Assembly (NCBI GenBank): GCA_020137815.1
Contig: CM035358.1
Span: 1,550,001 to 1,614,000 of the forward strand
DNA from: Hormiphora californensis
Taxonomy: Eukaryota > Animalia > Ctenophora
Direction of reading: 5' to 3'
Length of the DNA: 64,000 nucleotides
Below, one piece after another: positions 52,713-64,000 of the stretch. Made by a program: the position numbers and the translations under genes. A model generated the notes under the pieces. The model saw nothing but the letters and a program-made list of their open reading frames with translations. It ran no database searches and was not told the DNA's origin. Every line of letters starts with the position of its first letter. Positions within the stretch are counted from its first letter, which is position 1.

Positions 52713-53093
52713 TACCCGTCGCGCGCGCTAAAACTACAAATTGTTAGTAATGAAAAGCACCCAGATTTTAAGGTTTTCTGAAAATTCACTAACCCCAACA
52801 CGGAAAACGTTAAAATCTGGGTGCCTTTCATTGCTAACATTCGTAGTTTTGGCGCGCGGACGGTTAGGGCTATCCGTTAGGGTGGTTAGGGTTTGGTTTG
52901 GGTTATCGGTTAGGGCTATCGATTCTCTAACTGATACCCGTTCGTTTACTCAAATCGGCCATGTGGTTCCATGGCTATAGCCGTTTGAAAAAAGTCGGTC
53001 TAGTATACTCTTTTGTGTAGCGCGCAACCTGTAAACAGGCTGCAAGGCACCCAGATTATAATCGCGCCCCCCCCCCCCCCAACACCGATTGGC

Positions 53094-53242
53094 ATGAGGC
53101 CCCTCGAATGTTCAAGTCATGCACAATCAAGTCACGCCCACCAATCACGCTCAGAACGCGCGGAGTGCTTCGCGCGTGTCTGACTGTGATTGGTGGGCGT
53201 GAGTTGATTGTGCATGACTTGAACATTTCCGAGGGGCCTCAT
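53094..53242. mobile_element. ~150-bp hairpin MITE
   Basis: atgaggcccctcg-aatgttcaagtcatgcacaatcaa..cacgcccaccaatcac pairs with gtgattggtgggcgtg..ttgattgtgcatgacttgaacatt..cgaggggcctcat. Confidence 0.75.
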
Positions 53243-53439
53243 CACTTTCCAACTTTTTTGGAAGCGCACACCAAATAAAATAAAACACCCAGATCCGACT
53301 TTAAAGAGCCGCGCGAGAAACGCGCAAAACAAATACGCGCATCGTCAATCCGTAAAATAACGATATAATATTTTGATCCTGACATGAGGAACTGATCAGC
53401 ACACAATTTCATTTCCGGTCTGCGACAAACCATGATATA

Positions 53440-53584
53440 CTCCATTTTTTTTCAACTGTTCACCCCCCAAAGTCGTGCGCGGAATTGTTTTGCGCATTTA
53501 TCACATGTTAAGCGTAGCGCGCTGCCACCCAATTCGAATTTTTTATCAATTTCAGTTTTTGGGTGAAAGTTGAAAAAAATGGAC
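53440..53584. repeat. Short inverted-repeat element
   Basis: tccatttttttcaact.ttcaccc..aaa pairs with tttttgggtgaaagttgaaaaaaatgga. Confidence 0.55.
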
Positions 53585-53745
53585 TTTAAGACAAACTGGA
53601 CAATGATAAACTCATAAATTTTGTTTTGGTAAAATAAGTATTATTGATCTCCAAAAGTGTTCAAAAGCAGTCCATACTGTCAGGCCAATACTCTGACAGA
53701 ATACATATCAATATCACGTTATTTAAGTTAAAAACAAAAACTATT

Positions 53746-53908
53746 ATAGCCCCAACCAAAACTTAGTTTCTGTGTTTATTTCCCGCCTGGAAGATTCAGA
53801 GGTTAGAAAGACCTGGACGTTGACAAGGTCTTTCTAACTCCCGAATAAGAGTCTAATTCTTTCCAGGTGGAAGTAAACACAGAAACAAAGTGTTGGTTAG
53901 GGTTTAAT
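53746..53908. repeat. ~160-bp imperfect hairpin element
   Basis: gtttctgtgtttattt..cctggaa..gttagaaagacct pairs with aggtctttctaac..ttccagg..agtaaacacagaaac. Confidence 0.6.
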
Positions 53909-54237
53909 ACGTATCCACATTTAGGCAAAGTAATAGAATACTCCAAAACTAAAAAACAAGTCAAAAGCATTCCAACTCTCAAACGTCCAACTTTATACCA
54001 CTCTTAGAATTGTTGCCACCATATCAATAATGCCATCTTTATCGATCAGGTTTTCCTGGAGTGTCGAATCTCTGCCAGCGAAAAAAATCATCAGTCTTAT
54101 CACTGTGTATCTGTACAGTTCCTGTGGATAATACAACGGTTAACACCAAACTAAAATGAAGGAAGCAAAATGAAACCAAGCCATAAACACACAACTTCAG
54201 CTGGCTCAATGGTCATTCAAAGCCGCCATATTTCACA

Positions 54238-56935
54238 AGTTAGAAGAAAATTTGTTGTCAAACTCCAATGATAACATACCGTTGTTCAAGGCTCTGTAGG
54301 TTCCAAGTGTTTTCAACTCAACACAGCGGGCGGGGTATGTGACCTCAAAGGACCTGGGTTGGGGGGGGTTAGAGTAACATGGAATCAAGACTCTTCAACT
54401 AAACACCTGGCCTTGGGGCCAAGTCCTGGTGTTGTTTAGTTGAAGAGAAATACATTGTTAACTAGGGGGTTGTCATCAATGATAATTAGGTGGGAGAGAT
54501 GCAGGACTTGGCGCCTTTTAATTTCCAAATTTATTACTTCAACAATCGACTTGACTAGAGCCCACTATATAATTTGGTTTGCAAACTACGGGTATAACTG
54601 ATATCAAATGGGAAAATGAGGGGGACGTTAGAGTTTGTAGAAGGTTGTGAGCTTCTCATTGTCCCTTATGTTGAACCCCAAACAAACAGTCCAACGGCGC
54701 TGGTGACACAGAACCGCCAACCAACCTACCGACTGGTCGATTGACGGTCCCACCTCCACTATGGGCGGACCCCGGGAGAATGGACCTACCACGTCGTGTC
54801 TTTACAAGTAGCCGGTTCGGTTGTCAATCGACCCGACTACTCGCCAGTTTGTTGTTGCCGCCCCCGGCAATGCGCTGCTGTCAACGCACTACCAGAACCA
54901 CATCCCAGCCGAACAAAGCTCTCTGTGCTTAGCATTAATTCTACATTTGTACTTTCCCCTTATTGTGTGCGGGGTAAACATCAGTTAACAGAAGTTTGCA
55001 AAGATCTCGTGGCCCGGAGCCAGTCACACAGCTGCAGATGCTAGGACTGCTGCAAACATTTAAGCACAAAAACGGTCCAATCAGTCAATTGGACCTCTCG
55101 AACATCATAAATTTTGAATATATTTAACTACTTAACTTATATTTATTATATAATTGGCCGGCTCTGTTATACATCTACAATCTACTGCCTACATTTTAAC
55201 CCGTTATCGAGTTAACTGGGTTGCAGCGACAACGGCTATGCTCAGATTGGTGAGTACCACCCGGGTTAATAACTTTGGGGTCAAGGAACAATTGACATTA
55301 TATGAACCAGAAATTCAGTGCTTCTAAATATTATAATGCAGGAAACCCCTTCAGGTTCACAAGATTGGCTACTAGGTGAGCATTTAAATGTAGCCTTGAA
55401 ACTCCATTACAGTTTCACAATCAATATAAGTTTAGTGCAAGTAGGACAGCCTTACTAGGTGCATGATACCCCTGCAGTAATCCATTTCAATTCTATAGTT
55501 GGAGACAAGCGAGCTGTGTGGGTGACTCAAAAGTTGACAAATTAGAAGAAAATGTGTTGTCAAACTGCTATCAACATACCGTTGTTCAAGGCTCTGTAGG
55601 TTCCAAGTGTTTTCAACTCAAACAGCGGCGTGGTATGTTGACCTCAAAGGACCTGGGGGGGGGAGGGGGGAGTTAGGTACATGGAATCAGACTTCTTCAA
55701 CTAAACACCTGGCCTGGTGCCAAGTCCTGGCGGTGTTTAGTTGAAGAGAAATACATTGTAACTAGGGGTTGTCATCAATGATAATTAGGTGGGAGGATGC
55801 AGGACTTGGCGGCCTTTAATTTCCCAAATTTATTACTTCAACAATCGACTTGACTAGAGCCCCACTATAATTTGGTTTGCAAACTACTGTGTATAAACTG
55901 ATATCAAATGGGAACAATGAGGGGGACGTTAGGAGTCTGTAGAAGTGTGAGGAAGCTTCTCATGTCCTTATGGTGAACACCCAAACAACAGTCCAACGGC
56001 GTGGTGACACGAACCGCCAACCAACCTAACGAATGGTCGATTGACGGTCCCACCTCCACATTGGGCGGACCCGGGAGAATGGACCACCACGTCGTGTCTT
56101 TACAAGTAGGGTGCGGTTGTCAATCGACCCGACTACTCGCCAGTTTGTGTTGCCGCCCCCGCAATGGCTGCTGTCAACGCACTACCCGAAACACAATCCG
56201 CCGAACAAGCTCTCTGTGCTTAGCATTAACTTTACATTTGTACGTTCCCATTATGTGTGCGGTAAACATCAGTTAACAGAATTTGCCAAAAGATACTCGT
56301 GGCCCGGAGCCAGTCACACAGCTGCAGATGCTAGGACTGCGTGCAACATTCAAGCCAAAAACGGTCCAATCCAGTCAATTGGACCTCCGAACATCATAAA
56401 TTTTGAATATATTAATACTTAACTAGATTTATTATATAATTGGCAGCTCTGTTAATTCGGTACAAGACTACTGCCTACATTTTAACCAGTTATCGAGTTA
56501 ACTGGGTGCAGCGACAACTGCTATGCTCAGATTTGGTGAGTAACACCCGGGTTAATAACTTTGGGGGTCAAGGACAATTGACATTATATGAACCAGAAAT
56601 CCGTGCTTCTAAATATTATAATGCAGGAAACCCTTCACGGTTTCACAAAGATTGGCTACTAGGTGCAATTTTCAAAATGTAGCCTGAAACTCCATTACAG
56701 TTTCAACAGATTCAATAACTTTAGTGCAAGTAGGACAGCCTTACTAGTGTGCATGGATACCCCTGCAAAATCATTTCAATTCTATAGTTGGAGGACCAAG
56801 CGAGCTCATGGGTGACTCAAATTGACAAATTAGAAGAAAAATGTGTGGTGTCAAACGCTATCATAACATACGTTGTTCAAGGCTCTGTAGGTTCCAAGTG
56901 TTTCAACTCAAACACGCGGCGTGGTATGTTGACCT
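54238..56935. repeat. Inverted copy of the tandem array (two core+A units and the start of a third), running into an assembly gap
   Basis: Reverse complement of the 40021-41326 type unit with ~1.3-kb period and scattered 1-nt indels. Confidence 0.9.
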
Positions 56936-57035
56936 NNNNNNNNNNNNNNNNNNNNNNNNNNNNNNNNNNNNNNNNNNNNNNNNNNNNNNNNNNNNNNNNN
57001 NNNNNNNNNNNNNNNNNNNNNNNNNNNNNNNNNNN
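56936..57035. other. Scaffold gap (100 N)
   Basis: Run of N. Confidence 1.
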
Positions 57036-60000
57036 ATTCGGTCACAACCCCATTCACTACAAGGTTTGCAGTGTTATCGTTGGAGATTCATACCGCTCAA
57101 AATAATTCAAAACATGTTGAAATAAAAAGCTGCATGGCTGGTTACATTTTGTTTATCATACCTTGTGTGGCTCAAATCGTCATTTTATTTTATAAAATAT
57201 TTCTATGCTGCATGCTACATGTTAGATGTTTGAACACATATATTTGGGTTGCTTCATACTATTACACCTACAATCACAGTGTTATACACGGTGTACGGCA
57301 CGAGATGTGATTGCGAGTAATGTTGGTATGGAGGTTGAGATAGCTGGAACGCTAGTACGATGCTTCAAAACCGTACGGGATATCAAGTTGTTCAACTTAC
57401 GCGATGAAGAAGGTGAAATATTGGGAGGTCTGTGTTTTGTCTGTCATTCTTTCTACCGTTTGGCTGTCATTAACTCCCAAAAATGAACGGTTTTCAACTT
57501 GATAAACTGATAAAATATTTATGTGCTGTGCTGGATAGGAAACTTTTCTAGTCTTCTAGTATTATATGGTAGCATATATGAACATATAATCATTTCCTTC
57601 CCCCGTTCGGACAGATGACAATGGGAGTTACTCTAGTGTGGGTGTGTTGTGAAAAGTCTCCTTAGTAGAATGTAGTTCGTTTGACCCTTGACTCGACTCG
57701 GAGCTAACCCTCTCCAGTCTCCGAATAGTGATGACTTTTCTAGTAAATTTATTAAACTTCAGGTCACCAGACTCAAATTGTCGTGGGAAGCAACATAAAA
57801 GATACTGACATGATCAAAAATGGACGAGTTATTGTTCGAGTAAGTAGATATATCTTGTGTAAAATGCGTTCGATTTTTTATTATTTATTCCAATGATCTA
57901 ATCGAGTCTTTAGAAAATAAGATAACACTACTTTCCCAGGGAGTGGTTACAAAACGTCCCAGCAAGGCAAAGACCGTCCTTTACCAAGTTGTTCTCCACC
58001 ACTGGGAGCCTGACACGTCCAGACATGAGGAAGTGGAGGATAGGTCCCCCTGCAAGGCATCAAACGAATCACCTAGGAGGAACAACAATTGGACCAACAG
58101 GGGAATTGATAACGGTGACAGGGGAAATAGAAATGGTGACAGGAAAAATAGTAGCAACAGTTCTAATAACAGAGATAACCATAGAACACAGAGAACTGAA
58201 TCAAGATCTCAACCCCGTGGAGCTAAACAAGGAAACCCCCGAAATCAGGAATTTAATAACGATCAGCACCATTCTCCGAGACAACACGATAACAACAGAC
58301 CCCGTGAACAGCAGCATAGATCAAGACTGCGGTCAGGGGAGAGTGTACCCCCGCCCCTGGTACCCATCCCGTCCTCAACAGCTGATGATACGTGTAGTGT
58401 AGTTAGCATGCCTCCTCCTCTGATACCAATAAAGAAAAGGACTAGTGGGGGAAACCGGCATTATCAAGAGAACAGGCACACCAACCATCATCGGGGATCT
58501 CAAGCATCAAGTCACAGCAGGTGAATATATTTCATGAGTTAGCATTTGGATCAGATATCAGTATTTTGATCATTAACTTTTCTGTATTTTATCACTTACA
58601 ACCACTGACACCTCTTTCTTACTCCTTCTCTTTCCATATTATAGTTCCTCAACTGGTTTCTCCCTTGACTACCACCCAACTGTCTACCCAGAGTTCCTAC
58701 ACACCTACCCTGCCGGATCTCTTGTCACCATCTGGGGAACACTATTTGAGTAGGTGTAGCATTATCATTATCAATTATCATGTAAATTGTACCCCATTAT
58801 CTCAGTGTACACTGTACATTAAAGTGTAGACTACCCCGTTATCTCAGTGTACAGTGTACAAACTGTACATGTGTACTGCTTCTCTATCAGATGATACCCT
58901 AACACTGCCCTCCCTGGTAGGTGTAGCCCAACAGGAGCCCACATTGTCAAAGGTGACTGTACAGTAAAGTTAGTCCTCCCAGAGCCCCAGTACCGGCTAG
59001 AACGGAAAAAGGTCCTGGTGGAGGGTGTGTGTATGGGAAATAAAGGCCAGGAGGCTCTTCTGAGAGTAACCCATATTCAGGAGATTCAGGGTAACTTGGA
59101 AATGTGTCTGAAATTCCTCGCTTCTGGGAGTAGCAAGGTGAGTGGGGTGAACTTTGGTTTGCATACATAGTTGTTGTAGGTCACTACTTTTGGTAATGGT
59201 TTAGTAATTTCAACGAGAGATCTAACCAATCACACCTTGATCTGCTGGAATAAAATGCGGTGTGAGCCACAAAAATTATACTGTGAATCCCATTTCAGCC
59301 ACCCCAGCGCCACCCCAAGAACATATCGGACTACCCGCGGATACTTCGCGGATCCCAACTCCGACAACACCACGGAAACATGGTGATGTTCCGGGGGAAG
59401 TTGGTCAAGGGGGCAACACCAACAAGTGAGTTAATAGGCAGTTTATGTTTTGGAATTAAGAGTGGGCTCAGGGTATCATATTGTTGACAATAATTTTGGC
59501 ACCCCCTTAGATTTGGATACACGTCTCATCTCATCACCAACACGTCACATCCACCATGGTCGTAAGTTTGTCGCAGAACTAACAAACAAACAAACAAACC
59601 ATCATAGAACTAACATCTCCCCACCGTAATACACCCGTATAAACCACCGTATTTTCATTTTGACCCTGTTAAGGGTACGCTAACCAAAAATTTTTTTCGA
59701 GTGCAGGGAAATCTCTCACCGTAGGGTTGTAGGCCATGCCAAGGAGACCTCAAATATGCAATTTGAGCTCTCAAGTCGAATTCATATTTTTGCTACAGCT
59801 GTTTAAAAAATGTCCTGAAAATACGTTTTTGGCATCCCAAAAAAAATTTTTAAAGATAAGAGCATGAAAATTTGGGGATTTGAAGAGGACATGATGGTGA
59901 ATAACCACAAAATTTTTTTTTGCAATCCGAGCTGATTTCCGGTCCTGAGGTGGATTTCTTTTTTTCCACTTTAACGCCCTATTTGGCAAAGTTCCGAAAA

Positions 60001-63000
60001 CATGTGAAAGCTGTAAATTGGTGAAAAGTTGCGTCTAACGATTATCTAAGTGGCCATAAATTTTGGGCGTGTCCTTATTTGAGATAAGCTGTACAGAGTT
60101 TTTTTGTGAAAGCCGTCATTTCAGAAATAAATAAATTCCCTGTATCTCAAAAACGGTTGATCGTAGAGACCTGAGACTATGCTTAAACGATTCAGAAGGT
60201 CCGATTTTGGGGGGGTCTTCTGAGAGACATTTTGCTCCTACTTCAACCGTTTTTGCTGTAATTGCGAAAAACAAATTCTATGAAAAGGGCAAAAGCTAAA
60301 CTCCAATATCCTGTAATTAGGGAATTTTAGCTAAGAAAGGACCGAAACTATGGAAAAATGTTAAACAAGCTAATTCCTTCACTATTTGGTCCATATGGGT
60401 CCCTATAATCATCAAAAACAAAATCACAAAAAATCCACGATGGCGAAGATGGGTTTTTGTTTTTCGCAATTACAGCAAAAACGGTTGAAGTAGGAGCAAA
60501 ATGTCTCTCAGAAGACCCCCCCAAAATCGGACCTTCTGAATCGTTTAAGCATAGTCTCAGGTCTCTACGATCAACCGTTTTTGAGATACAGGGAATCTAT
60601 TTATTTCTGAAATGACGGCTTTCACAAAAAAAACTCTGTACAGCTTATCTCAAATAAGGACACGCCCAAAATTTATGGCCACTTAGATAATCGTTAGACG
60701 CAACTTTTCACCAATTTACAGCTTTCACATGTTTTCGGAACTTTGCCAAATAGGGCGTTAAAGTGGAAAAAAAAGAAATCCACCTCAGGACCGGAAATCA
60801 GCTCGGATTGCAAAAAAAATTTTTGTGGTTATTCACCTTCATGTCCTCTTCAAATCCCCAAATTTTCATGCTCTTATCTTTAAAAAATTTTTTTTGGGAT
60901 GCCAAAAACTTATTTTCAGTTCATTTTTCAAGCAGCTGTAGCAAAAATATGAATTCGACTTGAGAGCTCAAATTGCATATTTGAGGTCTCCTTGGCATGG
61001 CCTACAACCCTACGGTGAGAGATTTCCCTGCACTCGAAAAAAAATTTTGGTTAGCGTACCCTTAAGGGTACACCTGGCGTTTTTCATCATCGAGTGCCCA
61101 ACCAAATGACTTCACCAGGGTTTAGGTCATACAAAATGGACCTCAAATATGCAATTTTAGCCCTAAAGTCGAATTCATATTTTTGCTACAGCCTATTTTC
61201 AAAGTGGCGTTTTTTTAATTTTTGTTGAAATTTTTAACCTCAGGACCACTTTTTTTGAGATAGAAACATTAAATTCTCGCAATTTGAAGAGAATATGAAG
61301 GTGAATAAGCCCAAAGAAGGATTTTTGAATAGGAGCTTTTTTCTGGCCATGAGAACGGTTTACTTTTTTGCTTCTTTGACACGCTGGCTGAGAATGTTCC
61401 CATGCTTCATTAAAAATGAAAATCTGGAAATAGCTGCTCAAAACGATTATCTATGTGGCCCAAAAATTTTGGAACTTTCCCGCCAAAGATGCGGTGTACA
61501 GAGCTTGTTTTGTGAAACCCGTCTTTTTGAAAAAGAGGGAAATTCCCTGTATCTCAAAAACGGATGATCGTAGAGACCTGCGACCAAGCTTAATCGATTC
61601 ATAAGGTCCGATTTTGGGGGGGTCTTCTGAGAAACATTTTGCTCCTACTCCAACCGTTTTTGCTGTAATTGCGAAAAACGTATCGGCAAGTAAGGGGGAA
61701 ATCAGCCCTAAGCAGGCTACTGGAATAGAGTTGTTCCCCCTTTTCATAGAATTGGTTTTTTGCAATTACAGCAAAAACGGTTGGAGTAGGAGCAAAATGT
61801 TTCTCAGAAGACCCCCCCAAAATCGGACCTTATGAATCGATTAAGCTTGGTCGCAGGTCTCTATGATCATCCGTTTTTGAGATACAGGGAATTTCCCTCT
61901 TTTTCAAAAAGACGGGTTTCACAAAACAAGCTCTGTACACCGCATCTTTGGCGGGAAAGTTCCAAAATTTTTGGGCCACATAGATAATCGTTTTGAGCAG
62001 CTATTTCCAGATTTTCATCTTTAATGAAGCATGGGAACATTCTTAGCCAGCGTGTCAAAGAAGCAAAAAAGTAAACCGTTCTCATGGCCAGAAAAAAGCT
62101 CCATTTCAAAAATCCTTCTTTGGCCTTATTCACCTTCATATTCTCTTCAAATTCCAAGAATTTAATGTTTCTATCTCAAAAAAAGTGGTCCTGAGGTTAA
62201 AAATTTCAACAAAAATTGAAAAAACGCCACTTTGAAAATAGGCTGTAGCAAAAATATGAATTCGACTTTAGGGCTAAAATTGCATATTTGAGGTCCATTT
62301 TGTCTGACCTAAACCCTGGTGAAGTCATTTGGTTGGGCACTCGATGATGAAAAACGCCAGGTGTACCCTTAACCCAGCCGGAAGGAGATACCATCTCTAT
62401 TGACTAACATCTCCCTTTATTATAAATTGTAATATGTTTCCGCTCCCACTTCACAATCTCGACCCCTTTTCAGAGGGCCGATATTTCATGACTGTGATAT
62501 TTTCTGATGATATGGAGTGCCGGGTAACCTATGTGCCAATCAAATACAAATACGATAGACTGCAGGTCGGCTGTCAGGTAATGTACCATTCTGTCAAATG
62601 AAGATTAGGAAAATACTAAGCCTTAACTTTGTCTTCTTCGACCCTGTCTCACCACACCCCCAAAAATGTAAAGGAGGGTTAGAACATAACAACCCTAAAT
62701 AATCCCTTCAACATTTAGGTGTTGGTGATTGGTAAGGTTGACTTTGATAACGTTCGACTAGGTCCTGGTGCACTACCCATTGTCACGGCAGAACTCATTC
62801 AAATGATACCGTGAGTATAATGACAGGAAGAAGGGTCTGTTAGATAGAAGGGGGCTAATTATCAGAAAGATAAGATTTTTTAAATCTTTCTCTCTCTCCT
62901 GTCAGAGATGGCGCAATTTCAAATGAAGCCCCGCAACCTGTTGAACCTACCAAGACTGTGATCTACGAGGCGTTAAAGAATATCCTGCTGGAGAGTCTGC

Positions 63001-63824
63001 AGACCAGTCCAGCACCGAGGAGCACTGATCCGTGGGAGTTCTTAGAACTGGGAAGGAGTTAAATTACTGTCCTTATATTTTTACTATTACTCACAATTTG
63101 GGCTATTATTTAATTTTTAGCTTTATTTTATTTATTTTTTCAAAAACAGGGGCTGCGGGCAGTTATTTTTAATTGTTGAACACGATAACATTTAATTGGA
63201 GCCTGGAGGTGAACTCTTTATTTTGACAAGTGTTGACAAGCTTAGTATAGATCATAAATGATAACTTTAGCATACATAGCACAGTTTTTCATTGTACTGG
63301 AATTTTAAAGACGATGTATTCATTTTATTGATTATTTCAAAATATTCTTGATACTATAGCACGTGTTTTAACTGATAATTTAACAATATAAACAACGATA
63401 TTGACAATGATTCAAAACACCTAACCCCACTTTCTAGGCGATGGGTGATGTTCCCAGGGTCCGACCCACTGCCACTGTAGCCCCCACCCTATCCTCCTCC
63501 CAACCATCCTCCTCTGGGGCAGCTCCCTCCTCCTCTACCACCACCGTCCCCCGTCCTGGAGCAGCTAGGCCGCAACAAGACCTCACCAGACAGGTACTGT
63601 TTGGTTACAAAATTACCTAGAGGGATAATCCTTACGTAAAAGAATAAAATTGAAAATGAAAACATGAAATTGTTACAATGTTAACCCCACCAGACCCAGC
63701 CGCAACAGCAGGCAAGTCCAGCAGCACATTTAAACATCAACATCAGTGTAAATACCCAGCGATCAGGTCACGGAGGAACACAACAATTCAGATTTCCTGT
63801 CCCATTCAGGAAACACCCCTCAAA
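57036..63824 (+). CDS. Unknown multi-exon gene (partial, 5' part error-ridden) with a probable OB-fold and low-complexity regions; clean exons 62474-62577, 62719-62810, 62906-~63060, 63438-63593, 63694-63824
   Basis: Phase-consistent GT-AG exons give GRYFMTVIFSDDMECRVTYVPIKYKYDRLQVGCQ|VLVIGKVDFDNVRLGPGALPIVTAELIQMIP|DGAIS.. The N/R/Q-rich ORF 57943-58521 ends at a cag|gtgaat donor. Linking the two parts across the foldback elements is inference. Confidence 0.5.
59673..61061. mobile_element. Long foldback non-autonomous element 1 (~600-bp arms, TTAA TSD, GGG termini; Kolobok-like)
   Basis: ttaa|gggtacgctaaccaaaa ... ttttggttagcgtaccc|ttaa, with near-identical arms. Confidence 0.88.
61066..62368. 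mobile_element. Long foldback non-autonomous element 2 (~610-bp arms, TTAA TSD; related family)
   Basis: ttaa|gggtacacctggcgtttttcatcatcgag ... ctcgatgatgaaaaacgccaggtgtaccc|ttaa. Mirror ORFs on both strands (61295+ and 62157-). Confidence 0.9.
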
Positions 63825-64000
63825 GTACGTTCAATTGATTATTAATAACAAAAAAACAGAATTGTGTACTAATTAATTCTTACTCCACTTAGTATGATTG
63901 TGGCTCCAATGTTTCGTACCACCCAATCACATTAGAGTTTTTCAAGGTTCGTAACACACATGATTTCCCCTGTAGTGAGTTTTCAGTGTGTGTAAAACAC

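Larger units (their letters stand above)
47956..53069. mobile_element. Palindromic MITE (~550 bp) split by the LINE: left part 47956-48152, remainder 52713-53069
   Basis: gggcgcgattataatc..gggtgccttgca at the left mirrors tgcaaggcacccagattataatcgcgccc at the right. The centre of symmetry lies at ~52714-52866. Arms carry degenerate TTAGGG-like motifs. Confidence 0.8.

Noticed and set aside
52860-52916. Telomere or interstitial telomeric array
   Set aside because: Only a few degenerate TTAGGG motifs, and they lie inside a MITE arm mirrored at ~48110-48152.
61199-62394. Mirror-image ORFs on both strands
   Set aside because: They are a by-product of the palindromic arms of the foldback element.

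Overview
This is a eukaryotic, intron-rich window, most likely from a cydippid ctenophore such as Pleurobrachia or Hormiphora. That call rests on a recalled match to the ctenophore spliced-leader (SL) exon at 52670-52712. The left half (3.8-33.3 kb) holds PHYHD1, a 7-exon TRIC/TMEM38 channel with two antisense genes nested in its introns (DDIAS/noxin-like and MSL3-like), and a 14-exon mini-filamin (3 CH domains + 4 Ig repeats) with a probable internal first exon. The right half (34-64 kb) is repeat-dominated. It contains a modular ~1-1.3 kb tandem array, several TIR/foldback non-autonomous elements, an inverted duplicate of an unknown spliced OB-fold gene, and a full-length CR1-clade LINE. The standout is that the LINE begins with a complete SL exon 45 nt upstream of the ORF1 ATG and is inserted in one arm of a palindromic MITE, which is what retrotransposition of an SL-trans-spliced LINE mRNA would leave. 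Several stretches (about 2.0-3.45 kb, 16.76-22.9 kb, parts of 43.5-60 kb) look like low-quality or duplicated assembly, so frameshifts there are unreliable. All gene models were read by hand and no database searches were run.
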